Part shown: one piece after another, positions 11,467 to 22,727 of the stretch
Layout: each line of letters starts with the position of its first letter
Position numbering within the stretch: position 1 is the first letter of the stretch
NCBI GenBank assembly: GCA_963933835.1
Contig: CAWVVV010000002.1
Span: 384,001-448,000 of the forward strand
DNA length: 64,000 nucleotides
Direction of reading: 5' to 3'
Source: an uncultured Puniceicoccaceae bacterium
GTDB lineage: Bacteria > Verrucomicrobiota > Verrucomicrobiia > Opitutales > Oceanipulchritudinaceae
Notes under the pieces: model-generated
What the model was told of the DNA's origin: nothing
Databases searched by the model: none
What the model saw: the letters and a program-made list of their open reading frames with translations, nothing else
Program-made: the position numbers and the translations under genes

Positions 11467-12657
11467 GTGAAGCCGAAAGAAGATCATTTGCAGTCAGTCC
11501 TAGAGCGGGCTGAAGACCTCGATGTAACGAGCCTACGAACGCTCATCAGCCGATTGGCGAAAGAACGCACTCTCTTTCAGGGCATTCTGACGAGTTTGCG
11601 TGAAGGTATCCTCGTTATCGATGCTTCGGGTTCGATCGAATATGCCAACACGTCAGCTTCAAGCCTTCTCGGATTCAAGTCGCGTGATCTATCGACCTCT
11701 AATCTCTGGAAGCAGGTGCCTGATTTGCGGCGGACGCTCGAGTTTACAGGTGATGGCGACTTGCTCTCGGATCGAGGAATCACGCGGGAGATCGAGCTGA
11801 CTTATCCAGAGTGGCGGATTGTTCGACTTTATCTCTTCCCTTTTGACTTAGAAGCGGAGGAAGGGGTGTCGGTTGCGCGCTATGCCGTGATCCTGAGCGA
11901 TGTCACTCAAGAGAAGGAGCAGACGCAGCAGCAGATTGAAAACGAGCGTGTGCAGTCTATCCTACAGCTGAGCGCGGGCGTGGCGCACGAATTGGGCAAT
12001 CCATTGAATTCGCTCAACATCCATTTACAGGTGGTGGAGCGTTCACTGAAGAAGCTGGAGACTGTTTCACCAGCGACTGAAAAGCTTTCACGGTCCCTTG
12101 AGGTGTGCCTCGGTGAGGTTGATCGACTCGACAGCATCATCACGCATTTTCTCGAAGCGGTTCGACCAACCAGTCCTGATTTTTCTGATCTCGATCTCAT
12201 TGCCGTGCTTGAGGAGGCGGTTGACTTTCTCATGCCCGAGCTGGAGTCGGCGGGCGTCCGAGTGGAGGCTTCGCTTGATCGTACGGTACCGATCGTCGAG
12301 GCTGACAGAAATCAGATTAAGCAGATCTTCTTCAACCTATTGAAGAACGCTCGCCAAGCGATGAAGCCGGGCGGCACGATCAAGGTCGCGGCGACGAGTG
12401 ATGACGAGTTCGTCTATCTGCGTGTAGCTGACAACGGTAGCGGGATCGCCGAAGAGGACTTGCCGCGTATCTTCCAGCCCTACTTTTCGACGAAACAAGG
12501 TGGGCATGGCCTCGGTATGATGATCGTCGAACGTATCATGCGCGACCACGGTGGCCAAGTTGGGATCGATTCGAAGCAGGGCACAGGGACGGTTGTGACG
12601 CTGCATTTCCCGCAAAAGCACCGCAGAATTCGAATGCTCGCTGAGGCCCGGAAGTAG
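11467..12657 (+). CDS. PAS-domain sensor histidine kinase (NtrB-like, cytoplasmic)
   Basis: H-box AHELGNPL, N-box NLLKNA, DNGSGI, FQPYFSTK, GHGLG. Confidence 0.93.
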   Translation: MKPKEDHLQSVLERAEDLDVTSLRTLISRLAKERTLFQGILTSLREGILVIDASGSIEYANTSASSLLGFKSRDLSTSNLWKQVPDLRRTLEFTGDGDLLSDRGITREIELTYPEWRIVRLYLFPFDLEAEEGVSVARYAVILSDVTQEKEQTQQQIENERVQSILQLSAGVAHELGNPLNSLNIHLQVVERSLKKLETVSPATEKLSRSLEVCLGEVDRLDSIITHFLEAVRPTSPDFSDLDLIAVLEEAVDFLMPELESAGVRVEASLDRTVPIVEADRNQIKQIFFNLLKNARQAMKPGGTIKVAATSDDEFVYLRVADNGSGIAEEDLPRIFQPYFSTKQGGHGLGMMIVERIMRDHGGQVGIDSKQGTGTVVTLHFPQKHRRIRMLAEARK

Positions 12658-12671
12658 AGCTAGAATGGGGT

Positions 12672-13540
12672 CTAGCTGCCAGAGAGCGGCACGTAAATCC
12701 AGATGCCGCTGTCTATTTGTTGAGGCGGATTTGGAAAAAAAAAATAGCTCTCCAGTTCAAAGGAGTAGGCCCATGTCGGTCCTCCGCTTGTATCGAAGAG
12801 TGAGAGCCATCCCAACCAGCTGCCGGTATCAACAAAGATGTCATTTATGAGAACATACTGGCCCCATTTCGGGTCGTTTAGCCCTCCTGAGCCGACCTGC
12901 AGGTAAAAAGAATGCTCTTCGTAGTGGAGATCTGATCCTTCAAAATAGCGAGGCCTAGCGTGATTAAATAGATATCTTCCGGCGTTGAAGCAGCAATCTG
13001 CATTGGAAAATCCACTTGGTTTGGCCCAGGATTGTTCATGCCGAATCCGCCCCATGTGTAGTAGAATTACCATGACGGCTGCACGAAGATGTCTTGAGGC
13101 ACCCAAGGGGGATCTCCACTGCCTTCCGTGTCATAGGTAAAGTCCAAGAAGTTATCTTGGCTCACATACACTCCTCCGAGATGCATACCGCGGATGGTGA
13201 AAGAGGTGCTGCCGTCCAGATTGGTGGCGGTTACGGTTGGGCGGACCGTTTCCCCTGGCTGGACGATGTATCGTTCTAAAGCGCCGAGCGCCTCCCCATC
13301 TAGCTGAATGCCCAGATCAAGTGCAGTTTGCGCTGGATCGATGCTGAACCGCCCGCTCACCCAAGAACCGTCGCGGACTCCGGCCCATTCTCCGGGTGCG
13401 GTCTGCTCTGACGCAGGAAGGCCATGGCAGGCTGCGCAGTTTCCAAGCACCGAAGCAGGCGCAGCATACTCGGGAAGTGCCGTTAACTTTACGGCCAAGA
13501 GGCAGCATCCTGCGGCAGAGATAAATTGATAGGTATTCAT
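12672..13540 (-). pseudogene. Exported CxxCH-motif protein with Trp-rich C-terminal domain; in-frame stop plus frameshift
   Basis: Signal peptide then CAACH; TAA at 13067-13069 is followed in frame by FYYTWGGFGMNNPGPNQVDFPMQIAASTPEDIYLITLGLA; adding one base to the T4 run (12942-12945) joins it to FEGSDLHYEEHSFYLQV...VDTGSWLGW. Confidence 0.75.
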
Positions 13541-13647
13541 GAAGCGCCGATTTGATGATCTAGCCTGCGCGATATTCTACCTAAGTAGTATGATCCCTTT
13601 CTTCGCTAGACTAAGAATATCCGACAGCGAGTTCAACAATTGCTGGA

Positions 13648-13929
13648 TCACCGCTGGAGGTAGAACCAGTAGCCGTTTGCTTGAGGACTTGAAACATTGG
13701 TAAATGCCCAACTATTGAAGTTGAGAATATAGACCCAACCTTCGCTATTTGTTGCAAAGCTGACTTCAACCCAACCGAGCCATGATCCAGTGTCGACCCA
13801 AGTTCCGTCTGGAAGATCTGAGATCGGGTAGCCTGCCCATCCATCAACAGGGGAGAGGGGGTCGTTTGCGGCGCGGACGAACTTACGGACCCAACGGTCA
13901 CGCTTACTCATGACAGCGCTCGCGCTCAT
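13648..13929 (-). pseudogene. Isolated Trp-rich C-terminal domain (probable gene remnant)
   Basis: WAGYP...WVDTGSWLGWV...WVY...YWFYLQR matches the C-terminus of the neighbouring gene; no signal peptide or cargo domain. Confidence 0.55.
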
Positions 13930-14178
13930 CGAATGGAGCCTCGCCCCTGACTCTTAGCCTTAACGAGATAACACCTTTCCTCATGTGTTTCATTGTTGGA
14001 TTTGAGCTCAGTGAATGTGGCCGGCCGGTGCTAATTCATAAATATACATTTTGCGTAGTGGAAATTATCTACGATTTAAAAAATGATTGGCCACCCCCCT
14101 CAGGGTCTGCAAGGTGTGCTCCACCAAAGTCGGAATATCCTCTTATATCTGGCATTGGCCTTACCCCCATTGATTTCT

Positions 14179-16821
14179 ATGTACGTATATGTTATCGGAT
14201 CCCTCGGGAGCATTCCAGCTCCATTTTGGCTAGCCCCCATTGGCGGTATTCTTGCCCTCGTGATGGCTCGATTTTTCTCCGCATCGGTAATGCGAAAATC
14301 TGAAGGCGACCCCGAAATGGTGCGTATTGCCCAGGCGGTTCGCGAAGGTGCGATTGCGTATTTGAAACGCCAATACAGAATTGTCGTATACGTTTTTGTC
14401 GGATTGGTCGTTTTCTTGGGAATTCTTGCGGCGATGGGCTTACAGCCTACGCTGAGTCTTGTTGGGGTGCCTCTAGCCGGGTTCTTATCCGGGCTCTGCG
14501 GTTGGTTCGGTATGAAGATGGCGACAAACGCCTCAGCTCGGACTGCGGAGGCGGTGAAGACTTCGCTCAATGAAGGATTGAAAGTTGCTTTCAGATCCGG
14601 CGCGGTGATGGGGCTCAATGTCGTAGGCTTCGCAATTCTCGATGTTGCATTCTGGTTCATCTTACTGACCTCGATCGGTGATAAACTGGGGATCAATGGT
14701 GGGATTGTTGAGATGTCGACGATCATGCTCAGCTTCGGAATGGGTGCTTCTACGCAGGCTCTATTCGCTCGTGTTGGTGGAGGTATTTATACGAAGGCGG
14801 CGGACGTCGGCGCAGATCTCGTGGGTAAGATCGAGGCTGGTATTCCTGAAGATGACGCCCGTAACCCCGCCACGATTGCCGATAACGTCGGGGACAATGT
14901 GGGTGATGTTGCTGGCATGGGTGCCGACCTTTACGAGTCCTACTACGGCTCGATTCTCGCGACCTTTGCACTCGGTGCCGCCTCTGCGTTTGCGCTGGCA
15001 TCACCTGAGCATGCGACTGCCTTTGCTCTCAAACTTGGATCCGCCCCGATCGCCTTGGCCGGAATGGGTATCTTCGCATCGATTCTAGGAATCTTTACCG
15101 TGAGGGCCCGCAAAGATGCTTCTTTTTCCGAGCTTCTCAAGGGCTTGCACTTTGGTGTCTACGTCGCCTCCGGGCTTATTGTTCTGGGCGCTTTTGGGAT
15201 GCTTTACGTGCTCTTGGGCGATGATCCGACACTGGCCGCTCTAGGGGTTCCGTGGTGGCGTTTCGGCCTTTCGATTGTCGCGGGGCTCGTCGCGGGGCTC
15301 GTCATAGCTCATGCTACGGAGTACTATACTTCGTATGAACATCCTCCGACAAAGCGCATTGCTGAACAGGCACTGACGGGACCCGCTACGGTTATTATCA
15401 GCGGTATCGCGGAAGGAATGAAATCCACTTGGGCTTCTCTTTTAACAGTCGTCATCGCAATTCTCGCGGCCTTTTCCGCTGCGGGCGGATCAGAGAGTTT
15501 CCTCCTCGGTCTCTTTGGCGTCGGAATCGCGGCGGTCGGAATGCTCTCAACGCTTGGAATTACTTTAGCGACCGACGCTTATGGGCCGATTGCCGATAAC
15601 GCAGGTGGGAATGCTGAAATGACGGATCAAGACCCCGAGGTGCGGAAGCGCACGGACATGTTGGATTCGCTTGGAAACACGACCGCGGCTACGGGTAAAG
15701 GATTCGCAATTGGCTCAGCGGCATTGACTGCCATGGCCCTCCTCGCGGCCTATGTCCAGATTGTCCAAACTCAGCTACACGGCCAAGCCGCTCGATTTGC
15801 GGAAGCAGAACTCGTATCTGTAGAGACGCCGACCGCGGTTTACAAAGGATACGGCATCTACGGCCTGGCCTTTCCTGATGGCACTTTTGATGGGGCGATT
15901 GCGATAAAACCACAAGGGATGAAACCACTTTCAATTGCGACGGAAGCTCCTTCGAAAGGTGATGTGATGCCTTGGGTCGAATCACCGTTCAGACTTCGAA
16001 CGAGTGAGCTTGGGATCAAAGATGTGCTGGCTTACTATGACGTTAGTCTGACGAACCCACGCGTCCTTGGGGGGCTCTTTGTCGGCGCCATGTTGGCTTT
16101 TGTTTTTTGTGCCCTGACGATGAATGCCGTCGGTCGAGCAGCCTATGAAATGATGGGAGAATGCCGTCGTCAGTTTGGTAAAATGCGGGAAGCCTTTCGT
16201 GCCAACGGCATGAGTGAAGAGGACATCGCTAACCCGTTGTCGTGGCCAAAGCAGGTGAAATATGAAGGGGTTGAGTATCCTGATTACGCGACCTGCGTGT
16301 CGATTTCGACTGCAGGTGCCCAGCGAGAGATGGTCTTCCCGGCCATCCTTGCGATTGTTTCTCCGCTTATCCTAGGACTTATTTTAGGCGTTGCGGGAGT
16401 GATGGGCATGCTCGTGGGCGGTCTTGTTTCCGGGTTCGCGCTTGCTGTATTCATGGCCAATGCAGGAGGTGCGTGGGACAATGCGAAAAAGCTTCTGGAA
16501 TCATACGGCAAAATCACCGCAAAGGATTTTAAAGAGAATGCGTCCGTCCGCGAATCGATTCCGGAGTCGGTGCGCTCGACCATTTTAGACCGCGCCAAGG
16601 AAGCAGTGCGCAAGGGTGACCCTGAGCTCATCGTATATGGCAAAGGGTCCGACGATCATAAAGCAACGGTGGTCGGCGATACCGTGGGTGATCCTTTCAA
16701 AGACACCTCTGGCCCAAGCCTCAATATACTCATCAAGTTGATTTCAATCGTCTCCGTTGTTTTTGCCGGATTGGTCGTAAACTACGGTGCCATTGTCGGA
16801 AGTTTCCTCGGATTAGAATAA
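14179..16821 (+). CDS. hppA: Membrane-integral ion-translocating pyrophosphatase, K+-dependent type
   Basis: [56 protein letters not shown]; start at ATG 14179 preferred over 14083. Confidence 0.95.
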   Translation: MYVYVIGSLGSIPAPFWLAPIGGILALVMARFFSASVMRKSEGDPEMVRIAQAVREGAIAYLKRQYRIVVYVFVGLVVFLGILAAMGLQPTLSLVGVPLAGFLSGLCGWFGMKMATNASARTAEAVKTSLNEGLKVAFRSGAVMGLNVVGFAILDVAFWFILLTSIGDKLGINGGIVEMSTIMLSFGMGASTQALFARVGGGIYTKAADVGADLVGKIEAGIPEDDARNPATIADNVGDNVGDVAGMGADLYESYYGSILATFALGAASAFALASPEHATAFALKLGSAPIALAGMGIFASILGIFTVRARKDASFSELLKGLHFGVYVASGLIVLGAFGMLYVLLGDDPTLAALGVPWWRFGLSIVAGLVAGLVIAHATEYYTSYEHPPTKRIAEQALTGPATVIISGIAEGMKSTWASLLTVVIAILAAFSAAGGSESFLLGLFGVGIAAVGMLSTLGITLATDAYGPIADNAGGNAEMTDQDPEVRKRTDMLDSLGNTTAATGKGFAIGSAALTAMALLAAYVQIVQTQLHGQAARFAEAELVSVETPTAVYKGYGIYGLAFPDGTFDGAIAIKPQGMKPLSIATEAPSKGDVMPWVESPFRLRTSELGIKDVLAYYDVSLTNPRVLGGLFVGAMLAFVFCALTMNAVGRAAYEMMGECRRQFGKMREAFRANGMSEEDIANPLSWPKQVKYEGVEYPDYATCVSISTAGAQREMVFPAILAIVSPLILGLILGVAGVMGMLVGGLVSGFALAVFMANAGGAWDNAKKLLESYGKITAKDFKENASVRESIPESVRSTILDRAKEAVRKGDPELIVYGKGSDDHKATVVGDTVGDPFKDTSGPSLNILIKLISIVSVVFAGLVVNYGAIVGSFLGLE

Positions 16822-16911
16822 CGCCCGAGCGTCTTTTGCCGTCTTGGCAAGTGAGGCTTCGGCTTCGCTTGCCAAGATGAGTGCCGGCACCAATTCTCGT
16901 GATCGGTTGAT

Positions 16912-17520
16912 ATGGCAGGATTTGATGAGCAGATAGTGCGGGAGTATTTTGAGCTACATGGCTTCCTCGTGCGCCAGGCGCGAAAATACCAAATCCAGTC
17001 GCGCAAGAAACTGGCTGAGGAGGAGATCGACCTGCTCGTCTATAATCCGGCCTACGCGCTTCAGGAGCGGAAGCCCAACTTCCTCCTCTTCGCAACCGAG
17101 CTTCCATATGTTCATCGCGCCGTTGTAGTAGTGAAAGCGTGGCACACGACGCAGCGCTTCACGCCGACGATGCTGAAGAATAGCGCTGAGTTCTTTAAAT
17201 TCCTCGAAAAGAACGTCATCAAAACTGCCGAAAGTCTTTTTCAGGATGAATCGGAGGATTTCGACCGGACGGATCTGCTCAAGGTCCTCGTCCTTCCGGG
17301 CTTGCCGACGCAAGAGCCTCATCGCAGTGAATCGATCCAACTCCTGCGTGAGCACGGCGTTGATGGGATCATTTCGTTTCGCTCCATGTTGCTCGATATT
17401 CTGCAGAAGGTGGAAGTAAATCGAAACTACTCAAAGAGCGATACGCTGCAGATTCTGCGGATCCTCAAGAATTATGATCTCGTGAAAGACCCGCAGTTGG
17501 GATTGTTCCCGGCTGAGTAA
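16912..17520 (+). CDS. Conserved hypothetical protein with PD-(D/E)xK-like fold
   Basis: E..VREYFE..GF.V, EIDLLV, VVVKAW pattern; first gene of the lpxA-pdxA run. Confidence 0.6.
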   Translation: MAGFDEQIVREYFELHGFLVRQARKYQIQSRKKLAEEEIDLLVYNPAYALQERKPNFLLFATELPYVHRAVVVVKAWHTTQRFTPTMLKNSAEFFKFLEKNVIKTAESLFQDESEDFDRTDLLKVLVLPGLPTQEPHRSESIQLLREHGVDGIISFRSMLLDILQKVEVNRNYSKSDTLQILRILKNYDLVKDPQLGLFPAE

Positions 17521-17526
17521 AAGCCC

Positions 17527-18348
17527 ATGTCGACTCTACTCATTCATCCCACAGCAGTGATTCACCCTGCTACGCGTATCCATGAAACAGTGACAATCGG
17601 ACCCTACTCAGTCATCGAGGAGGGCGTTGAGCTCGGGCCGCAAACGACGGTTGGACCCTTCGTCCAGATCTGCTCGGGCGTATCGACGGGTGAGCAGTGT
17701 GAGATCCATGCACACTGCGTGATCGGTGGTCTTCCGCAGGCCCTGAACTTCGATCCCAAGACGCTGAGTGGAGTGAAGATGGGTGACCGTGTTGTGATTC
17801 GAGAAGGCTCATCCATCAACCGCTCAACGCAGGCGGGTAGTTTTACTGAAATAGGGAACAATTGCTTTCTTATGGCGACGACTCATGTGGCGCACGACTG
17901 TATCGTCGGGAACCACGTGATCATGGCTCACAACTCCGGTCTCGCCGGCCATGTTACGGTCGGTGACAACACCTTTGTCGGTGGCGCCGCCGTCTTTCAC
18001 CAATGCTGCCGAATAGGTGAAGGAGCCATTATCGGCGGAGCTTCCCGCATCAGCATGGATGTGCCGCCTTTCACGATGACCGCTGAGCGGAATGAGCTGA
18101 TTGGCCTCAACCTCATCGGGCTCAAGCGACGCGGCTACAGTCGGGAGGCGATCAAGGCGCTGAAACTTGCTTTTCGCGAAGTTTGCGGGACCTCGGGAAA
18201 CATGAAGGAGCGAGCGGCCTTACGCTTGGGAAAAGGAGTAGCTGAAGAGGTTGAGCGCTGCTTCTTAGCCTTTTTTGCCGATGGGAAACGCGGCTTCGTT
18301 CAGCCGAATGGACGCGCTTTAGATAATGAGGCCGGGGCGAAATCATGA
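17527..18348 (+). CDS. lpxA: Acyl-ACP--UDP-N-acetylglucosamine O-acyltransferase
   Basis: Hexapeptide repeats, HVAHDC.VG, LAGHV, VFHQ, DVPPF, GLN.IGLKRRG. Confidence 0.93.
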   Translation: MSTLLIHPTAVIHPATRIHETVTIGPYSVIEEGVELGPQTTVGPFVQICSGVSTGEQCEIHAHCVIGGLPQALNFDPKTLSGVKMGDRVVIREGSSINRSTQAGSFTEIGNNCFLMATTHVAHDCIVGNHVIMAHNSGLAGHVTVGDNTFVGGAAVFHQCCRIGEGAIIGGASRISMDVPPFTMTAERNELIGLNLIGLKRRGYSREAIKALKLAFREVCGTSGNMKERAALRLGKGVAEEVERCFLAFFADGKRGFVQPNGRALDNEAGAKS

Positions 18349-19253
18349 AGCCACTCGCGCTCACCTGTGGTGACCCCGCAGGCGTGGGACCTTTGATTAT
18401 TAGGGACTGGCTAGAGAGTGATCTTGAGCGACCTCCCGTCATCGTCTTTGGCCCAGCGCAGTGGCTTGAAACACTGTCCGTCGAGGGTGTAGCGGTTGGA
18501 CCGAAAGGCTATGTCGCCGAGCCCGGCTCGCCGAGTCCTGAGGGTGCGCGGGTTGCGCTAGCAGCGATGGAGGTAGCGGCCGCAGCGTGCCTCGAAGGGC
18601 GCTGTAGTGCCGTCGTGACGGCCCCAGTGAGCAAGGCTGAGTTACAGGTAGTGGGCTATCCCTTCCCCGGGCAAACCGAGTTTTTTGCCGATCGCTGGGG
18701 TGGGGCACCGACAATGGCGTTTGCGGGCGAGGAGCTACGGATGGTGCTGGCGACTTGGCATGATCCGCTCATCGAAATTCCCCAAATTTTAGAATCTCAT
18801 CCAGAGTTGATCGAGCGCGCGGTGGAGCGGGCTGACATGCTCGCGCGGGCACATGGATTTGATCGCCCTCGCATCGGCGTCTGCGGTCTTAATCCGCATG
18901 CGGGCGAGGGTGGAGTCCTTGGAAGTGAAGAGCAGCGTTTCATCGATCCGCTTCTGGATCGCCTGCGTTCGAAGTATCCGGGGCTTTCAGTCTGCTTGCC
19001 AGGGGACACCGTTTTTTGGCGGGTGCGCAAAGGAGAGTTCGATGTGGCGATCGCGCTCTACCATGATCAAGGCCTTGGGCCGCTCAAAACGCTGGAATTT
19101 GATCGGGCGGTGAACATCACCCTCGGTCTCCCGTGGGTGCGGACGAGTCCTGACCACGGGACTGCGTTTGCCCTCGCTAAAGCAGGTGAAGGCATCGATT
19201 CGGGTAGCTTCTCGAGGGCCGTGGAGTTCGCGGTGCGGCTAAGCTCACTTTAG
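18345..19253 (+). CDS. pdxA: 4-hydroxythreonine-4-phosphate dehydrogenase family protein
   Basis: GDPAGVGP, TAPVSK, GLNPHAGE, YHDQGL, RTSPDHGTAF. Confidence 0.92.
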   Translation: MKPLALTCGDPAGVGPLIIRDWLESDLERPPVIVFGPAQWLETLSVEGVAVGPKGYVAEPGSPSPEGARVALAAMEVAAAACLEGRCSAVVTAPVSKAELQVVGYPFPGQTEFFADRWGGAPTMAFAGEELRMVLATWHDPLIEIPQILESHPELIERAVERADMLARAHGFDRPRIGVCGLNPHAGEGGVLGSEEQRFIDPLLDRLRSKYPGLSVCLPGDTVFWRVRKGEFDVAIALYHDQGLGPLKTLEFDRAVNITLGLPWVRTSPDHGTAFALAKAGEGIDSGSFSRAVEFAVRLSSL

Positions 19254-19391
19254 CCTTAGAACAGTCTTGTTCGACAGATTATTCTTGATTTGAGGCCTTG
19301 ACGGGCGCCTTCCTGCGTTTGATTAGATTTACCCTTGTATGTTGCTGGGCCGAAGCCTTGCTCCTGCCATTCTTTCAACAAAATTCAACTA

Positions 19392-21454
19392 ATGCACCTC
19401 ACTGCCTCGCGGTTTATCCGATCGATTTCGACCTCTACTGTTTGCCTCTGCGTAACGGTCCTTTCATCATGGGGAGTAGATGCGGAACCGAACCCAGAAG
19501 TGGTGTCTATGACCCCATTTATGGTGAATGCTACAAGGATGGAAGTGGCGATCGATTCGATTCCTGCTGCGGTGAGTTTTATCGACCTTGAAACGGTGCA
19601 GCAGGGGACTCAGCAATTGGGACTGGATGAAGCGCTTAAAATGGTGCCAGGAGTCTTTATCCAAAATCAGTACAACTTCGCTCAGGATAACCGGATTTCG
19701 ATTCGTGGGTTCGGTGCACGGGCGAATTTTGGTATTCGGGGCATTCGCTTGATGATCGATGGTATTCCCGCAACGACGCCGGATGGACAAGGCAGCGTGG
19801 ATCGAATCGCACTCGGGTCGGTTCAAAGTATCGATGTGTTAAGAGGGCCTGCTGGGGCCTTTTATGGAGCTGCTTCCGGTGGAGTAATTCTGATCAAAAC
19901 GGAAGAAGGCAGATCGCCTCCTTTTTTGGAAACACGTTTGGCAGTAGGCGCGGATGATTTTTTTGAAACTCAGGTTAAAGCGGGTGGGGTCTCGGGTAAG
20001 TTGAATTATTTTTGGGGCTGAAGTAGCTAAGGACACCAAAAACTGTCCTAATCTACTGAAATGTATGTAAGAAGAAGCCGTCTGAGTTCACACAATCAAC
20101 CCTGAGACTGATCGTAAATGTAATCGATATACCGATACAGGACGACCCCGGATCTCTCACTCTCGCGGAGGCCACAGCCAACCCGAGACAAGCGAGGCAG
20201 CGTAATCTGGACTTCGACGGTGGTGAAAGGGTTCAGCAAGAGACCTTTGGTCTGACCTACGAGCGGGAGTGGAATGAAGTGCATTCGCTCAGTGTCTCGA
20301 GCTACCATGTGCACCGGGATTTCGCGAACAAGCTACCCTTCGAGTCCGGTGGCCAAGTATCATTTGAGAGAGCCTTTTGGGGCGGAGGGGTCCAATACAA
20401 TTATAAGAACGAGGAATCTCGTTTGAGCGTGGGCTTAGACTACGATCGTCAGGACGACGACCGTCGCAATTTCGACAACCTTCTCGGGGTGCGTGGACCG
20501 ATCGTTTTGGATCAGAATGAACTCGTTACGAGCGTCGGCCTATTCAGCATCTATGACTACGCTTTGACGGAGAATCTGACCATAGCTGCAGCACTGCGTT
20601 ATGATCTAGTGAAGTTTGCTGTGAGCGATCATTTGCTGAGCGATGGCGATGATTCTGGGGAATTGGAATTTGAAGAATTTAGTCCCATGGCAGGATTAAT
20701 CTGGGCGATCGATCCGGCCATAAGCCTCTTCGCAAATGTCTCGACCTCCTTCGAAACGCCGCCGACGACGGAGCTCGATAATCCTAATGGCGGCGGTTTC
20801 AATTCGGATTTGGACGCACAGAAAGCACAAAGCTTTGAGGTAGGAGCAAAGGGGCTTCTCAGCATCGCTGGGCGACCTTTAAACTATGAGCTCACCGCCT
20901 TTCATCTCGATATTGAAGACGCCTTAGTGTCCTACGAGTTGGCGGCCTTCCCAGATCGTGAATTCTTTCGCAATGCGGGTAGCAGTCAGCGCCGTGGTGT
21001 AGAGACGGCTGTGAGGATGGAATTGTTCCCAGGACTGACCGCCTCGGCGATGTACACCTGGTCGGATTTCAGCTACGAGCAATTTGTCACCGACAGCGCG
21101 GACTATTCGGGGAATACCACTCCGGGGATTCCGGAGCACTTTGGTAGTGTTCAACTGAAGTATGAACATAAGTCAGGCTTCTACGTGCGTTGGACAACTC
21201 AGTGGGTCGACTCGATCTACGCCAACGAGAGTAACGCTACCGAAATAGATTCATACACGGTATCCGACTTGAGATTTGGATTGGAAAAAGATTTCGGAAA
21301 CTGGCGTTTGGCTCCTTTTGTCGGCATAAATAATCTCTTCAACGAGACTTACTTTTCCAATATTCGAATAAATGCATTTGGTTCTCGATTCTACGAGCCA
21401 GCGCCTGAGCGCTATGTCTACGGAGGAATTCGTATCCTCTACTCATTCGATTGA
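19392..21454 (+). pseudogene. TonB-dependent receptor (YncD-like), interrupted near 20019-20083
   Basis: Plug domain (NFAQD.RISIRGFGAR, IDVLRGP...YG) stops at TGA 20019-20021; barrel resumes in another frame from about 20084 (EFTQSTLRL...DDPGSLT...NPRQA) to YEPAPER...YSF. Confidence 0.85.
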
Positions 21455-21523
21455 TTTCGGGACGAGCTTCGGCAGCCGGTAATCGTTGCCGAGCTTGCAC
21501 TATAGAATGTTATCAGCAGAGTT

Positions 21524-21904
21524 GTGAGTGTGAACGAAGTCATCACTAAATTGCCCGAAGGCGTGCGCGAAGGGAATGAAAAGCTCGTTCTCCTGACCTC
21601 GGCCGCGGGCTCAAAAGTCGCCACCCTGCTCGATCGCGAGGGTGCGGGTAATTACCTGCGGGTTAAAATCAATGGCGGCGGATGCAATGGACTTTCCTAC
21701 AAACTCAAGTTTGTTGAGGGCTCCAAAAAGGGTGATATCCTCGTGCGCAGCCAAGGCGTCGAAGTGCTCGTCGACCCCCGGAGTGCGCTCTACCTGCGCG
21801 GCACTCATCTCGACTATTCTGATGCGCTTGTATCGGGCGGCTTTAAATTCTCCAATCCGAATGCGCGGTCGAGCTGTTCGTGTGGGGAAAGCTTCTCTGT
21901 TTGA
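21524..21904 (+). CDS. A-type Fe-S cluster carrier (HesB/IscA/ErpA family)
   Basis: GGCNGLSY and CSCGESF motifs. Confidence 0.93.
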   Translation: MSVNEVITKLPEGVREGNEKLVLLTSAAGSKVATLLDREGAGNYLRVKINGGGCNGLSYKLKFVEGSKKGDILVRSQGVEVLVDPRSALYLRGTHLDYSDALVSGGFKFSNPNARSSCSCGESFSV

Positions 21905-22055
21905 GGGCAAAAAATTCTTTGCCAAATGGGGCACATTCACGGTTGTCAAGGCACTCGGCTTGTCCCATTTTACTCAGCTTTTAATGGGATCTCGCTTCAA
22001 TGATGCTTCTGCATCGCCTGAGTATTCTCACTTTTAAGGTCTCCTAAACTCATAC

Positions 22056-22727
22056 ATGGCATATCCATCTGGTCCGAGAGGACGCCGCGGCCGCATGCCG
22101 CGTGGCCCTCGCAAGAATGATCGCATCCGAGCTCGCGAAGTGCGGCTCATCAGCCCTGAAGGCAAACAAATCGGTGTAGTTGAACGCGACGAAGCGTTGA
22201 AACTGGCGAAAGATGTTGGGCTCGACTTGATCGAAATATCGGGGAGCGCCCGCCCGCCTGTCTGCCGTATTCTCGATTACGGTAAATACATGTATGAGCT
22301 CTCCAAAAAGCAGAAGGAGAGTAAGTCGAAGAAGTCGATCACGACGAAGCTGAAGGAAGTGAAATTCCGCGTTCGGATCGAAGAACACGACTACCTCGTG
22401 AAGATTCGCCGTGCGGAAGTCTTTCTCTACAAGGGGGCAAAGGTGAAACTTTCCCTCATGTATCGTGGTCGCGAGAACGAGCACAAGGAGCTCGGTATCG
22501 AAGTGCTCAAGAAAGCTGCCAAAGATCTTGAATTGATGGCGGTGCTCGATAGCTATCCACGGATTTCAGGGCGTCATGCTAGCGCTGTCGTTTCACCTCT
22601 CCCTATTCAGCAACGCCGTCTAAAGTTCAACACCAAGATGGCTGCTGAACAAGAACAGCCGGACGAGCCGGACGAGCCGGAGCTCGATGGGGATGAGGAA
22701 GAAGAAGGCGTAGAAGACGAGTCCTAG
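22056..22727 (+). CDS. infC: Translation initiation factor IF-3
   Basis: [44 protein letters not shown]. Confidence 0.96.
   Translation: MAYPSGPRGRRGRMPRGPRKNDRIRAREVRLISPEGKQIGVVERDEALKLAKDVGLDLIEISGSARPPVCRILDYGKYMYELSKKQKESKSKKSITTKLKEVKFRVRIEEHDYLVKIRRAEVFLYKGAKVKLSLMYRGRENEHKELGIEVLKKAAKDLELMAVLDSYPRISGRHASAVVSPLPIQQRRLKFNTKMAAEQEQPDEPDEPELDGDEEEEGVEDES

Noticed and set aside
13067..13069. Programmed stop-codon readthrough or recoding in the CxxCH gene
   Set aside because: The stop is TAA, which is used as a normal stop throughout the window, and a second lesion (frameshift) lies downstream.
20022..20057. Integron attC site
   Set aside because: The hairpin is too short and lacks RYYYAAC/GTTRRRY ends.
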